Part shown: positions 36,944 through 46,019 of the stretch, piece after piece | Numbering within the stretch: position 1 is the stretch's first letter | How the letters are laid out: each line of letters starts with the position of its first letter | Assembly (NCBI GenBank): GCA_035342335.1 | Contig: DAOQWY010000015.1 | Location: 6,971-70,970, forward strand | Length of the DNA: 64,000 nucleotides | Reading direction: 5' to 3' | Source: Bacteroidales bacterium | GTDB lineage: Bacteria > Bacteroidota > Bacteroidia > Bacteroidales > JAGONC01 | Translations under genes and position numbers: made by a program | Notes under the pieces: generated by a model | What the model saw: only the letters and a program-made list of their open reading frames with translations | What the model was told of the DNA's origin: nothing | The model's database searches: none

Positions 36944-39133
36944 ATGCCCGGATTCCCTTTTTATAAGCAATTGGACGTTATGGATTGCGGTCCGTCCTGT
37001 TTACGGATGATCGCTAAATTTTACGGTAAGACCTATTCTCTTCAGACACTCAGGGAACGAAGCTATATTACGCGTGAGGGCGTATCCCTGCTGGGGACAA
37101 GTGATGCCGCTGAGTCCATTGGCCTGCGGACCCTGGGGGCCAGGCTGAGCTTCGATCAGTTGAAGGAAGAAGCGCCCTTGCCGGCGATTGTTCACTGGCG
37201 CCAGAAACATTTCATTGTCGTTTATAAGATTAAAAAGGACCGGATCTACTGTGCCGATCCTGCCATCGGCCTGGTCCGTTATCCGGCCGGCGAGTTCCTG
37301 CAGGGATGGGCCAGCACCGTGAAAGAGGGAGAAAAGCAGGGCGTGGCACTTCTGCTGGAACCCTCCCCTGATTTTTATGCCCTGGAGGATGAACCGGTCA
37401 GAAAGAACAACCTGAAGTACCTCCTGTCGTACCTGAAACCCCATCGGAAGTACCTGATCCAGGTCCTGCTGGGGATATTCATTGCCAGCCTGTTGCAGCT
37501 GATCTTTCCCTTTCTGACCCAATCCATCGTGGACATCGGTATCAACAACCAGGATCTTGGATTTATCACGCTGGTGTTGATCGCCCAGCTGGTTTTGTTC
37601 ATCAGTCAGACGGCCGTTGAGTTCATCCGGGGCTGGATCATGCTGCACATCAATACGCGGGTGAATGTGGCACTGATCTCCGATTTCCTGGCCAAGCTCA
37701 TGAGGCTTCCCATCGGTTTCTTTGATACGAAGATGATGGGTGACCTGTTGCAGCGCATCGGTGATCACCGCCGTATCGAAGCGTTTCTGACAGGCTCATC
37801 GCTGAACATCGTCTTTTCATCGTTTACGTTCCTGATCTTCACCATCGTGCTTGCCATCTACAGCTGGAAGATCCTGGTGGTCTTCCTTGCGGGCAGCCTC
37901 CTCTACGTGCTCTGGGTCTACCTTTTTCTCAGGAAACGAAGAGAGCTGGACTATAAACGGTTTGCCCATCTTTCGGAGAACCAGGGCAACCTGATCCAGC
38001 TGATCACCGGGATGCAGGAGATCAAGCTGAACAATTGCGAGAAGCAGAAAAGATGGGAGTGGGAGCGGATCCAGGCCAGAATTTTCAGGGTGAACCTGAA
38101 AGGTCTTTCGCTTAACCAGTACCAGCAGGCAGGTGCCGTCTTTTTCGACCAGCTGAAAAATATCATCATCACCTTCATGGCAGCCAAGGCGGTCGTGGAT
38201 GGGAATATGACCCTGGGTATGATGGTCGCGGTCCAGTACATCATCGGGCAGCTGAATGCACCGGTCGAACAGCTCATTCAGTTCATCCGCTCGGCGCAGG
38301 ATGCCCAGATCAGCCTTGAGCGGCTGGGAGAAATTCACCAGAAAGAAGATGAGGAGTCATTTGGCCAGTCCAAAATAACCATCCTCCCTCGGCAAAGGGA
38401 GATCACGCTTTCGGGTGTGGCATTCCAGTATGAGGGGCCGCATTCGCCCTTTGTTTTAAAAGATATTGACCTTGCCATTCCGGAACACAAAGTAACTGCG
38501 ATCGTGGGGCCAAGCGGCAGCGGCAAGACCACACTGATCAAGCTGCTCCTGGGTTTTTACCGGGCAACCAGCGGAGAGGTCCGGGTCGGCGAAGTGAATC
38601 TCCCGAACCTGTCGAACCGTTTATGGCGGGAGAAATGCGGGGCCGTGATGCAGGATGGCTTCATTTTCTCGGATACCATTGCCAGAAACATTGCCGTGAG
38701 CGATGAGATCATCGATAAGGACAAACTCTATCATGCGGTCAAAATGGCGAACATCCAGCCGTATGTCGAATCTCTGCCCCTGACCTATAACACCAGGATC
38801 GGGAGCGAAGGGATCGGGCTCAGCCAGGGCCAGAAGCAACGCATCCTGATTGCACGTGCCATCTATAAAAACCCGGAAGTTCTTTTCTTTGACGAGGCCA
38901 CCAATGCGCTGGATGCCAACAATGAAAAAGTGATCATGGAAAACCTGCAGCAGTTCTTCCGGGGGAAAACGGTCATCATTGTGGCCCACCGGCTGAGCAC
39001 TGTGAAAAATGCCGACCAGATCATCGTTCTGGAAAACGGAATGATCACCGAAAAGGGTAATCACCGGGAACTCACCGAAAGGAAGGGTTCGTACTACCAC
39101 CTGGTCAAAAATCAGCTTGAACTGGGTGCCTGA
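36944..39133 (+). CDS. peptidase C39 domain-containing ABC transporter (bacteriocin/peptide exporter type)
   Basis: ORF 36713..39133. I prefer the ATG at 36944 (MPGFPFYKQLDVMDCGPSCLRMIAKFYG), which carries the C39 catalytic Cys context and avoids overlapping amn. Six-TM ABC membrane domain. Walker A GPSGSGKTT, signature LSQGQKQR, Walker B VLFFDEATNALD. Confidence 0.85.
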   Translation: MPGFPFYKQLDVMDCGPSCLRMIAKFYGKTYSLQTLRERSYITREGVSLLGTSDAAESIGLRTLGARLSFDQLKEEAPLPAIVHWRQKHFIVVYKIKKDRIYCADPAIGLVRYPAGEFLQGWASTVKEGEKQGVALLLEPSPDFYALEDEPVRKNNLKYLLSYLKPHRKYLIQVLLGIFIASLLQLIFPFLTQSIVDIGINNQDLGFITLVLIAQLVLFISQTAVEFIRGWIMLHINTRVNVALISDFLAKLMRLPIGFFDTKMMGDLLQRIGDHRRIEAFLTGSSLNIVFSSFTFLIFTIVLAIYSWKILVVFLAGSLLYVLWVYLFLRKRRELDYKRFAHLSENQGNLIQLITGMQEIKLNNCEKQKRWEWERIQARIFRVNLKGLSLNQYQQAGAVFFDQLKNIIITFMAAKAVVDGNMTLGMMVAVQYIIGQLNAPVEQLIQFIRSAQDAQISLERLGEIHQKEDEESFGQSKITILPRQREITLSGVAFQYEGPHSPFVLKDIDLAIPEHKVTAIVGPSGSGKTTLIKLLLGFYRATSGEVRVGEVNLPNLSNRLWREKCGAVMQDGFIFSDTIARNIAVSDEIIDKDKLYHAVKMANIQPYVESLPLTYNTRIGSEGIGLSQGQKQRILIARAIYKNPEVLFFDEATNALDANNEKVIMENLQQFFRGKTVIIVAHRLSTVKNADQIIVLENGMITEKGNHRELTERKGSYYHLVKNQLELGA

Positions 39134-39151
39134 AAAAGAGGATAAGAGCAT

Positions 39152-40501
39152 ATGAACGATAGGAGCGAAGATCAGCAGAACAGGAACATCGAGATCCACA
39201 GCGATGAAATCGAAGATGTTCTCGGACGCCAGCCAAAAGGTATCCTGAGGTGGGGCATTACGGTGATCCTGCTCATATTGCTGATCGTGATCATCGGGAG
39301 CTGGTTCTTCACCTATCCTGACATCATCCCCGCCAGGGTGGAGGTGACTTCCATGAATCCTCCGGCCTATATCGAATCCCGCGTCAGCGGTAAACTTGAA
39401 AAAATAATGGTAGCCGATAAGCAGATGGCCGACAGCGGTGCCATCCTGGCCATTATGGAAAATCCTGCCAATTACCTCCATGTCGGTGAGCTTAAGGATT
39501 GCCTCATCCGTAGCGCATCGGCCGTTAAGGAGTATGATTTCCGGATCCTGGATTCCATAGCCGGTCTTCCCAACCTTCAGCTCGGTGAAATACAGCCCTT
39601 TTTTACGGATTTCCTGCTGAGCCTGGAAGATTACATTCACTTTCTGAACCTGGGCTACCATTCCAGGAAGATAGAATCCTTCAGGGATGAGCTGACCCTT
39701 TACAGCGAGCTGATCAACCGGCTTTCAGAACAGCAGGATATCCTGGCTGAAGACCGCCTGTTGAAGGAAAAGGACCTGAACCGCAGTCAGCAGCTTTTTG
39801 ACAGCAGCGTGATCACCCAGGCGGATATGGAACGGTCGAGAAGCGAGTACCTCCGGAAAGAGCTTTCTTACGAGGAATCCCGGGAGGAGCTGGCCAATGC
39901 CCGGATACAGATCGCCCGGTTGCGGCAGGATATCCTTGATCTGGGACTTCAGGAGGTTCAGCAGTTGAAAAAGCTTCAGCTCCGCATCGGTGAAACCTAC
40001 GGGAATCTGCTGGCACAGATCAACATTTGGGAAAACCAGTATGCATTGAAGGCTCCGTTCAGAGGTATGGTCACCTTTACCCAGTACTGGACCGAGAATC
40101 AAAATGTGAATCAAGGCGATAAGGTCATGGCCATCATACCGGTGAAGGAAAGCCAGATGATCGGAAAACTCAGACTGGGCTCCCGGGGTGCAGGGAAGGT
40201 AAAAGTGGGGCAGGATGTCAATGTTAAATTTCAGAACTTTCCCTTCATGGAATTCGGAATGGTCAAAGGGATCGTTAACAAGATCTCCACCATCCCTTCG
40301 GAGGATGAGTTTTATCTGGTGGAGATCCTTTTCCCGGAAGGCCTCAGAACGAATTACGGCATTGACCTTGAATTCAATCAGAAGATGACCGGTCAGGCGG
40401 AAATCATTACCGATGATATCCCTTTGCTCATCCGTATCATTCGGCCTGTCAGGTCATTGTTCAAGAACCGTTCTTTTCATTCTTTTCCAGAAAACCAGTA
40501 A
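39152..40501 (+). CDS. HlyD-family secretion adaptor protein
   Basis: 449 aa. N-terminal TM (WGITVILLILLIVIIGSWFF), a long coiled-coil middle and a beta-barrel C-terminus. It starts 18 nt after the ABC exporter. Confidence 0.8.
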   Translation: MNDRSEDQQNRNIEIHSDEIEDVLGRQPKGILRWGITVILLILLIVIIGSWFFTYPDIIPARVEVTSMNPPAYIESRVSGKLEKIMVADKQMADSGAILAIMENPANYLHVGELKDCLIRSASAVKEYDFRILDSIAGLPNLQLGEIQPFFTDFLLSLEDYIHFLNLGYHSRKIESFRDELTLYSELINRLSEQQDILAEDRLLKEKDLNRSQQLFDSSVITQADMERSRSEYLRKELSYEESREELANARIQIARLRQDILDLGLQEVQQLKKLQLRIGETYGNLLAQINIWENQYALKAPFRGMVTFTQYWTENQNVNQGDKVMAIIPVKESQMIGKLRLGSRGAGKVKVGQDVNVKFQNFPFMEFGMVKGIVNKISTIPSEDEFYLVEILFPEGLRTNYGIDLEFNQKMTGQAEIITDDIPLLIRIIRPVRSLFKNRSFHSFPENQ

Positions 40502-40507
40502 ACCGAG

Positions 40508-40969
40508 ATGACTGACCTGCCAGCCCTTAACTTTCCAGCCTATTCGTTCCAGATCAGGGAACAGGATGGCCATTGGGTCATTTTCGACAGAATCCGCAGG
40601 CGATACGTGCATCTTTCTCCGGAAGAATGGGTCAGGCAGCACATGATCCATTACCTGATCAACCAGAAACACGTGCCGGAAACCCTGGTGGCTGTGGAAA
40701 AGGTCCTCCGCGTCTACAAACTGAAGAAGCGTCTGGATATCGCCGTATTCAGCTCATCCGGCCTGCCACTGCTGCTGGTCGAATGCAAGGCGCCCGCTGT
40801 GATGCTTTCACAAACGGTTTTCGATCAGATTGCGCGGTACAACCTGTCACTCCACGTGCGGTACCTGTTGGTTACCAATGGATTGGTCCATTATTGCTGC
40901 CAGATGGATGCTGTCTCCCGGTCGTGGTATTTTCTGGCTGAAATACCGGATTATCAACAGATGAAGTGA
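40508..40969 (+). CDS. HsdR_N-like PD-(D/E)xK domain protein (type I restriction enzyme R N-terminal domain family)
   Basis: 153 aa. LDIAVFSSSGLPLLLVECKAP supplies a D...ExK nuclease-fold motif. The size and layout match stand-alone HSDR_N proteins. It starts 6 nt after the HlyD gene. Confidence 0.6.
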   Translation: MTDLPALNFPAYSFQIREQDGHWVIFDRIRRRYVHLSPEEWVRQHMIHYLINQKHVPETLVAVEKVLRVYKLKKRLDIAVFSSSGLPLLLVECKAPAVMLSQTVFDQIARYNLSLHVRYLLVTNGLVHYCCQMDAVSRSWYFLAEIPDYQQMK

Positions 40970-41083
40970 TTGCTTCAGGTGTCGTGAACCATCGGGCCCG
41001 GCTTGGTCAATGGCAGGCAGGGTTGCATTGAATTTTTCGGAAGGGAACGTCCATAATTTATAGACTAAATTGTTTCATGTTTG

Positions 41084-41091
41084 ATTAAAAT
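41084..41091 (+). promoter_or_regulatory. possible -7 box TACATTTG
   Basis: Exact TAnnTTTG match 31 nt upstream of the ATG at 41122. Confidence 0.35.
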
Positions 41092-41121
41092 AGTACATTT
41101 GCATAGGTAAAAACATCGATT

Positions 41122-41721
41122 ATGAAAAAGACAATTCTACAAATCGTTTTATTGATCGTTGCTGTTTTTCTGGTCTACATGATCTATGAAAGCGTCCAGC
41201 GGCCTGTTCGTTTCAACAAGGAACGCGACATCAGGACCAGCGAAGTGATCCAGAGCCTGAAGGACATTCGTGGCGCCCAGATTGCCTACCGCTCCATTCA
41301 CCAGAAGTATACAAAAAGCTTCGATACCTTGATTGATTTTGTCAAAAGCGGTGAGATCCCGGTTGTAAAAATGGTACCTGATCCGACTGATACCACCTTC
41401 ACGCGTTCCATTCGCGATACCATTGGATACATTCTGGTCAAGGATTCCCTGTTTTCCAGGAAGGCAGGATTTGATGTGAACAATCTACGCTACATACCTC
41501 ACTCCGGCGGAGAAATGTTTCATATGGATGCAGGGCAGATCGAACGCAGCAAGGTGATGGTCAATGTATTTGAGGCCTATGCACTGAATACCCAGATCCT
41601 CAAGGGATTGGATGCACAGCTGGTGAGTAATTTCAATGATCTCCTTGAATCCACCCAGCGATTTCCGGGCATCAAGGTAGGTTCAATGGAAGAAGCCACC
41701 CTTGACGGGAACTGGGAATAA
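41122..41721 (+). CDS. hypothetical N-terminally anchored protein
   Basis: 199 aa with a single N-terminal TM (ILQIVLLIVAVFLVYMIY). No family recognised. Confidence 0.5.
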   Translation: MKKTILQIVLLIVAVFLVYMIYESVQRPVRFNKERDIRTSEVIQSLKDIRGAQIAYRSIHQKYTKSFDTLIDFVKSGEIPVVKMVPDPTDTTFTRSIRDTIGYILVKDSLFSRKAGFDVNNLRYIPHSGGEMFHMDAGQIERSKVMVNVFEAYALNTQILKGLDAQLVSNFNDLLESTQRFPGIKVGSMEEATLDGNWE

Positions 41722-41735
41722 ACCCTTTTTCCGCG

Positions 41736-42608
41736 ATGATTCCCACCGTTTCGCCGGATTTGAACATTCTCGACGAATCATTTGATGAAAACCGGGCACT
41801 TTCCTGCAAGTTAGCCGTACAAATTTCCAGCGTTCATCTTGCCTGCACAGTGCTGGATCTGCAGGAATCCCGTTACCTGGCTGCACAGATCTACCGGTTT
41901 CCAGAGCAGGCGACAGCAGGGGATTTCTGCCATCAGCTCAGAGAGATTGCAGCATCCGGAATTTTATCGTGGCATTTCGCCTCCGCCAATTTATTCGTTT
42001 CCAATCAGCTCTATACGCTGGTTCCTTGGCCCCTGTTCAATCCTTCCAAACAGGAAGACTACCTCAGGTTCAACCTGAGCGGGCTGCAGGCAGACGTAAT
42101 TTATCTGACTGACCGGCTTCCAGGCCTTGATGCCGTTGTCGTTTTTGCCATTCACCGCTGGCTGAAAGACGAACTCAGTGCGATCTTTGGCACCGCCCGC
42201 CTTCACCATACGATCAGTCCGTTTGTTGAGTCCATCCTTGGCCGTTTTAAATATGCCGGCAGCGATCCGGCCGTTTTCCTGAATATTCAACCTGACATAG
42301 TCGAGATGCTGATCCTGGACAACCACAAGGTCAGCCTTTGTAACACGTTTAAGTACGTGACGCCGGAGGATCTTTTGTACTACACGATGTTTGTGCTTGA
42401 GCAGTCGGGGCTCACTCCGGATCAGGTCCCGTTAATGATCACGGGAGAGGTGGGAAAACATGCTCCGGTAATCGAAAATCTGACTGCCTTTTTCCCTCAC
42501 ATTGATTTTGTGACCCGTAATGATGCTTTCCGTTACGCACCTTCCTTTGAGGAAATTCCCGGACATTATCTTCATAATCTTTTAAACGCAGAGCATTGCG
42601 AATTATAG
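41736..42608 (+). CDS. DUF3822-like protein
   Basis: 290 aa. My recollection is that a DUF3822 gene often precedes rsmD in Bacteroidota. The sequence-level match was not verified. Confidence 0.4.
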   Translation: MIPTVSPDLNILDESFDENRALSCKLAVQISSVHLACTVLDLQESRYLAAQIYRFPEQATAGDFCHQLREIAASGILSWHFASANLFVSNQLYTLVPWPLFNPSKQEDYLRFNLSGLQADVIYLTDRLPGLDAVVVFAIHRWLKDELSAIFGTARLHHTISPFVESILGRFKYAGSDPAVFLNIQPDIVEMLILDNHKVSLCNTFKYVTPEDLLYYTMFVLEQSGLTPDQVPLMITGEVGKHAPVIENLTAFFPHIDFVTRNDAFRYAPSFEEIPGHYLHNLLNAEHCEL

Positions 42609-43126
42609 CAGGTTTCCTCAAAGGGAGGAAGATCGTTCCGCCGTCAAATCTGCCGGTGCGCCCAACGACGGACATGGCCAGGGAAGGGCTGTTCAATATT
42701 CTTTCAAACGCATTTGATTTTTCCACCATCCGCGTCCTGGATCTCTTCTCCGGCACAGGTCTCATTTCACTGGAGTTTGCTTCCCGCGGCTGCCTGGATA
42801 TTGTGGCCGTTGACATTCATCCGGCCTGTTGTGCTTTTCAGAAGGAAACCACCCGGCGGCTTCAGTTGGACAGCATTCGTGCCGTCCGTGGTGATGTGTT
42901 CAGGTTTGTGCGAAAATCCGCTGCCGGATTTGATCTCATTTTTGCGGATCCGCCCTTTGACCATCCCCGGGTACCGGATCTGCCTGACATCATCTTCAAT
43001 GCAGGGCTTCTCAATCCTGAAGGCTGGTACATACAGGAACATTCAGCCAGGCATGCCTTTGCTGCACATCCCCGCTTCTACCAGCACCGAAAATACGGTG
43101 ATGTGAATTTTACCATCCTGAAATGA
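42596..43126 (+). CDS. rsmD: 16S rRNA (guanine966-N2)-methyltransferase
   Basis: TTG start at 42596 giving (M)RIIAGFLKGRKI. Motifs VRPTTDMAREGLFNIL, LDLFSGTGLISLEFASRG and IFADPPF (DPPY-type). Confidence 0.8.
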   Translation: MRIIAGFLKGRKIVPPSNLPVRPTTDMAREGLFNILSNAFDFSTIRVLDLFSGTGLISLEFASRGCLDIVAVDIHPACCAFQKETTRRLQLDSIRAVRGDVFRFVRKSAAGFDLIFADPPFDHPRVPDLPDIIFNAGLLNPEGWYIQEHSARHAFAAHPRFYQHRKYGDVNFTILK

Positions 43127-43130
43127 CCGG

Positions 43131-43598
43131 TCAATGCAGGTAGCCGTGAATGGCTTCAGGAATGAAAGGATTCGGATTGCCGTCATTCCGGATGATATCC
43201 CTGACGATCGAGGAATTCAAAGCCGTGAACTCCGGTGTGGCAAGCAGGAAAACTGTCTCAATGTCAGGAAAGATCTGCTTGTTGATCTGCCCGATGCTCC
43301 TTTCAAATTCGAAATCGGCTGATGTCCGTAAACCGCGGACAATGAAAAGCACTCCGTTCTCCCTGCAGAAATCCACCGTCAGCCCCTGATAACTTTCCAC
43401 TCTGATCTGCGGGTAGGCGTTGAAGACTTTCCTGATCCATTCCATTCGCCTGTCCAGGGGAAAGAAATATTTTTTTTCAATATTCTGCCCCACGGCGATG
43501 ATGATCTCGTCAAAGATGGAAAGCGCTCTCTGGACGATGGATTCATGCCCCCTGGTGATGGGATCAAACGATCCCGGAAATACAGCGATCTTTTTCAT
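43131..43598 (-). CDS. coaD: pantetheine-phosphate adenylyltransferase
   Basis: MKKIAVFPGSFDPITRGHESIVQRAL contains the T/HxGH nucleotidyltransferase motif. 155 aa. Confidence 0.9.
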   Translation of the reverse strand: MKKIAVFPGSFDPITRGHESIVQRALSIFDEIIIAVGQNIEKKYFFPLDRRMEWIRKVFNAYPQIRVESYQGLTVDFCRENGVLFIVRGLRTSADFEFERSIGQINKQIFPDIETVFLLATPEFTALNSSIVRDIIRNDGNPNPFIPEAIHGYLH

Positions 43599-43614
43599 TG
43601 CCTGGTATTTTAAA

Positions 43615-43648
43615 CAAAGATAGGAAAAAGCAAATTTAACTATCTTTG
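43615..43648. promoter_or_regulatory. pair of divergent -7 boxes forming a 9-bp inverted repeat (CAAAGATAG ... CTATCTTTG)
   Basis: TATCTTTG occurs on the minus strand (43615-43622, 17 nt before the coaD ATG) and on the plus strand (43641-43648, 26 nt before the pyrE ATG). Confidence 0.4.
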
Positions 43649-43673
43649 CCCGTCATTAACCATACCTTTTTCC

Positions 43674-44315
43674 ATGGACTTTCGAAATGATATCTCTGAA
43701 AAGATCAGCGAATTTCTCCTGTTGATCAAAGCTGTCAAGCTGAATGTTGCCGATCCGTTTACCTGGGCATCAGGGATCAAATCTCCAATTTATTGCGATA
43801 ACCGCATCACCCTGTCGTATCCGAGCATACGCACGTTCATCCGGCAGGCTTATGCCAAGGTGATCACCGAAGAATTTGGCTCAGTGGATCTTATCGCCGG
43901 CGTGGCCACAGGCGCCATTGCACACGGCGTCCTGGTGGCGGAGGAACTTGGCCTCCCTTTTGTCTATGTCAGAGCTTCCAAAAAAGATCACGGCCTGGAA
44001 AATGTCATCGAAGGTAAAATCACCCCCGGCCAGTCCGTCGTTGTGATCGAAGACCTTGTCTCAACCGGAAGCACGAGTCTGAGTACGGTCAGGACATTGC
44101 GCGGGCAGGATTGCATTGTCAAGGGCATGGTCGCCATCTTTACCTACAACCTGACCAAAGCCATCCGGAATTTTGAAAAAGAAAACTGCATCCTGTATGC
44201 GCTGACCGATTATGACCGGCTGATCCAAAAGGCACTGTCGGAAGATTATATCCGGGATGAGGATCTGGAAGCGCTGAAGCAATGGCGGGAAAACCCGGAA
44301 GCCTGGGGCAAGTAA
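43674..44315 (+). CDS. pyrE: orotate phosphoribosyltransferase
   Basis: FTWASGIKSPIYCDNR plus the PRPP-binding motif VVVIEDLVSTGSTS. Confidence 0.9.
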   Translation: MDFRNDISEKISEFLLLIKAVKLNVADPFTWASGIKSPIYCDNRITLSYPSIRTFIRQAYAKVITEEFGSVDLIAGVATGAIAHGVLVAEELGLPFVYVRASKKDHGLENVIEGKITPGQSVVVIEDLVSTGSTSLSTVRTLRGQDCIVKGMVAIFTYNLTKAIRNFEKENCILYALTDYDRLIQKALSEDYIRDEDLEALKQWRENPEAWGK

Positions 44316-44325
44316 TCCCAATGAA

Positions 44326-44757
44326 ATGAAAATCATTGAAAGCGAGAAGGTTACCATTCAAAAACCTGCTGAAGTGCTATTTGCCTTTCTCAGTGACCTG
44401 AACAACTTCAGGGATCTGATGCCTCCGCAGGTCATCAACTGGCAATCCACACAGGATACCTGCTCCTTTACGATCCAGGGAATGACCGATCTTTCGCTTC
44501 GTCTGGCGGAAAAGACACCCTTTAGCCGGCTCACCATCCTGCCGGAAGGGAACCCTCCCTTTCCGTTTGAACTGGATTGCTACCTGGTTGAAAGCCAGGA
44601 GGAAACCGAGACCCGGATCGTCTTTCAGGCCGATCTGAACCCTTTCCTGAGCATGGTGGCGCTGAATCCCCTGAGGAACTTTGTCAATCTTCTCAACAGA
44701 AAACTCAAGGAGCTGGCAGAGAATGATTTCAGGGGACTGGATTCCGGCATTGCGTGA
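44326..44757 (+). CDS. SRPBCC-superfamily (START/polyketide cyclase-like) protein
   Basis: 143 aa. The N-terminus MKIIESEKVTIQKPAEVLFAFLSDLNNFRDLMP follows the typical SRPBCC pattern. Confidence 0.55.
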   Translation: MKIIESEKVTIQKPAEVLFAFLSDLNNFRDLMPPQVINWQSTQDTCSFTIQGMTDLSLRLAEKTPFSRLTILPEGNPPFPFELDCYLVESQEETETRIVFQADLNPFLSMVALNPLRNFVNLLNRKLKELAENDFRGLDSGIA

Positions 44758-44761
44758 ACGA

Positions 44762-45523
44762 TTAACTTTCAATGATATAAGCGATCTCTTTCTGGTCGCA
44801 ACAGATCTCATCTCCCACCGAAGTCCTGACGACTAACCGTCCGATGTCGTCCACCGTTTCAATTCGTGCCAGCAACCGTTTTCCCTTGTACCTAAAGGGG
44901 TAATAGCCTCCTGACCTGTATTGGCAATGCAGGTAATCATCGTTCAGCCTTTTGAAATCACCCAGCCTCAAATCACGGTAACGTTTGTCCAGGTAATGGC
45001 AGAGATCCGTCAGGCACCTGTTCAGGCTGAATTCCATTTCGGTCACGTTTTTCAGGGATACCGGGTTGGGGGCGCCGCTGAAGAAAACTTCCTGGTTGAT
45101 GTTGAAGCCGATCCCTACGACAGTGCTGATAATGGATGATCCCAGGATCATGTTGTTGATCAATATGCCCGCTGCTTTCCTGTCGCCGATATAGAGATCG
45201 TTGGGCCACTTTATCTTAACGGGATCATCTACAGGAAGTTGGTTTGCGAAATCATAAAGTCCCAGGCTTGTCACTTTGTTCAGCATGAACTGGTTTTCGA
45301 GAGGCAGGAAGCCGGGGTAAAGTACGATGCTGAGGGTCAGGTTCTTTCCGGGTTCGCTTTCCCAGGTGTTGACATCCATGCCTCTGCCGGCATACTGGTA
45401 GTGTGCAACAACCAGGCATCCTTCCGGGAAGCTATGCTCCTTCATTTCCTTCAGCATAAAAGCATTGGTGGAGCTCACACGGTCCAGGTAAATGATTTTG
45501 CTGCCAATGATCTGTTTTGCCAT
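44762..45523 (-). CDS. birA: biotin--[acetyl-CoA-carboxylase] ligase
   Basis: VVAHYQYAGRGMDVNTWES contains the GRGRxxxxW-type biotin-ligase motif. 253 aa with no N-terminal HTH, so it is group I. Confidence 0.8.
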   Translation of the reverse strand: MAKQIIGSKIIYLDRVSSTNAFMLKEMKEHSFPEGCLVVAHYQYAGRGMDVNTWESEPGKNLTLSIVLYPGFLPLENQFMLNKVTSLGLYDFANQLPVDDPVKIKWPNDLYIGDRKAAGILINNMILGSSIISTVVGIGFNINQEVFFSGAPNPVSLKNVTEMEFSLNRCLTDLCHYLDKRYRDLRLGDFKRLNDDYLHCQYRSGGYYPFRYKGKRLLARIETVDDIGRLVVRTSVGDEICCDQKEIAYIIES

Positions 45524-45585
45524 TACCGGTAAATTGTTTCCCTGTCACAAAGATAAGATATGTTCATACGGGTGGATTATTTGCG

Positions 45586-45593
45586 TAACTTTG
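45586..45593 (+). promoter_or_regulatory. possible -7 box TAACTTTG for rsfS-ftsH
   Basis: Exact TAnnTTTG match 28 nt upstream of the ATG at 45621. Confidence 0.35.
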
Positions 45594-45620
45594 CAGGCGA
45601 AAAAATTCAAAGGTAAATTG

Positions 45621-46019
45621 ATGGCCCGGACCAAAAGCAAGAAGGATACTTCAGAGGAGTTGAGCAACCTGATCGTTGAAGGAATTCAGCAACGAAAAGG
45701 AAAGAACATTGTTCGTCTTGACTTTGCCGGGCTGCATAACGCATTTTGCAGATTCTTCATCATCTGTCAGGGTAATTCCAGAACACAGGTAGAGGCCATT
45801 GCTGATTCTGTGGATGAAATCGTAAAGAAGACCCTCGGGCAGGATCCCTGGCACAGTGAAGGGTATGAAAATGCTGAATGGATCTTGCTGGATTATGTTG
45901 ATGTGGTAGTGCATGTTTTCCAGGACAAGACCAGGAAATTTTACCGGTTGGAAGAATTGTGGGCAGATGCCCAGGTAAAGCAGTTCGACTCAGAAGATTC
46001 CCAATTCAAGGCAGAATGA
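45621..46019 (+). CDS. rsfS: ribosome silencing factor
   Basis: ORF 45492..46019, with an ATG at 45621 (MARTKSKKDT). FFIICQGNSRTQVEAIADSV and WILLDYVDVVVHVF are RsfS/IojAP motifs. Confidence 0.8.
   Translation: MARTKSKKDTSEELSNLIVEGIQQRKGKNIVRLDFAGLHNAFCRFFIICQGNSRTQVEAIADSVDEIVKKTLGQDPWHSEGYENAEWILLDYVDVVVHVFQDKTRKFYRLEELWADAQVKQFDSEDSQFKAE

Noticed and set aside
38621-39661. A 346-aa minus-strand ORF spanning the ABC exporter/HlyD junction.
   Set aside because: It is antisense to two well-supported genes and shows no recognisable features.
36811-41121. A search for a double-glycine-leader peptide gene next to the C39 exporter.
   Set aside because: The spacers 36811-36943 and 40970-41121 contain no plausible small ORF with a GG-type leader. 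The track omits ORFs under 60 aa, so absence elsewhere in the window is not proven.
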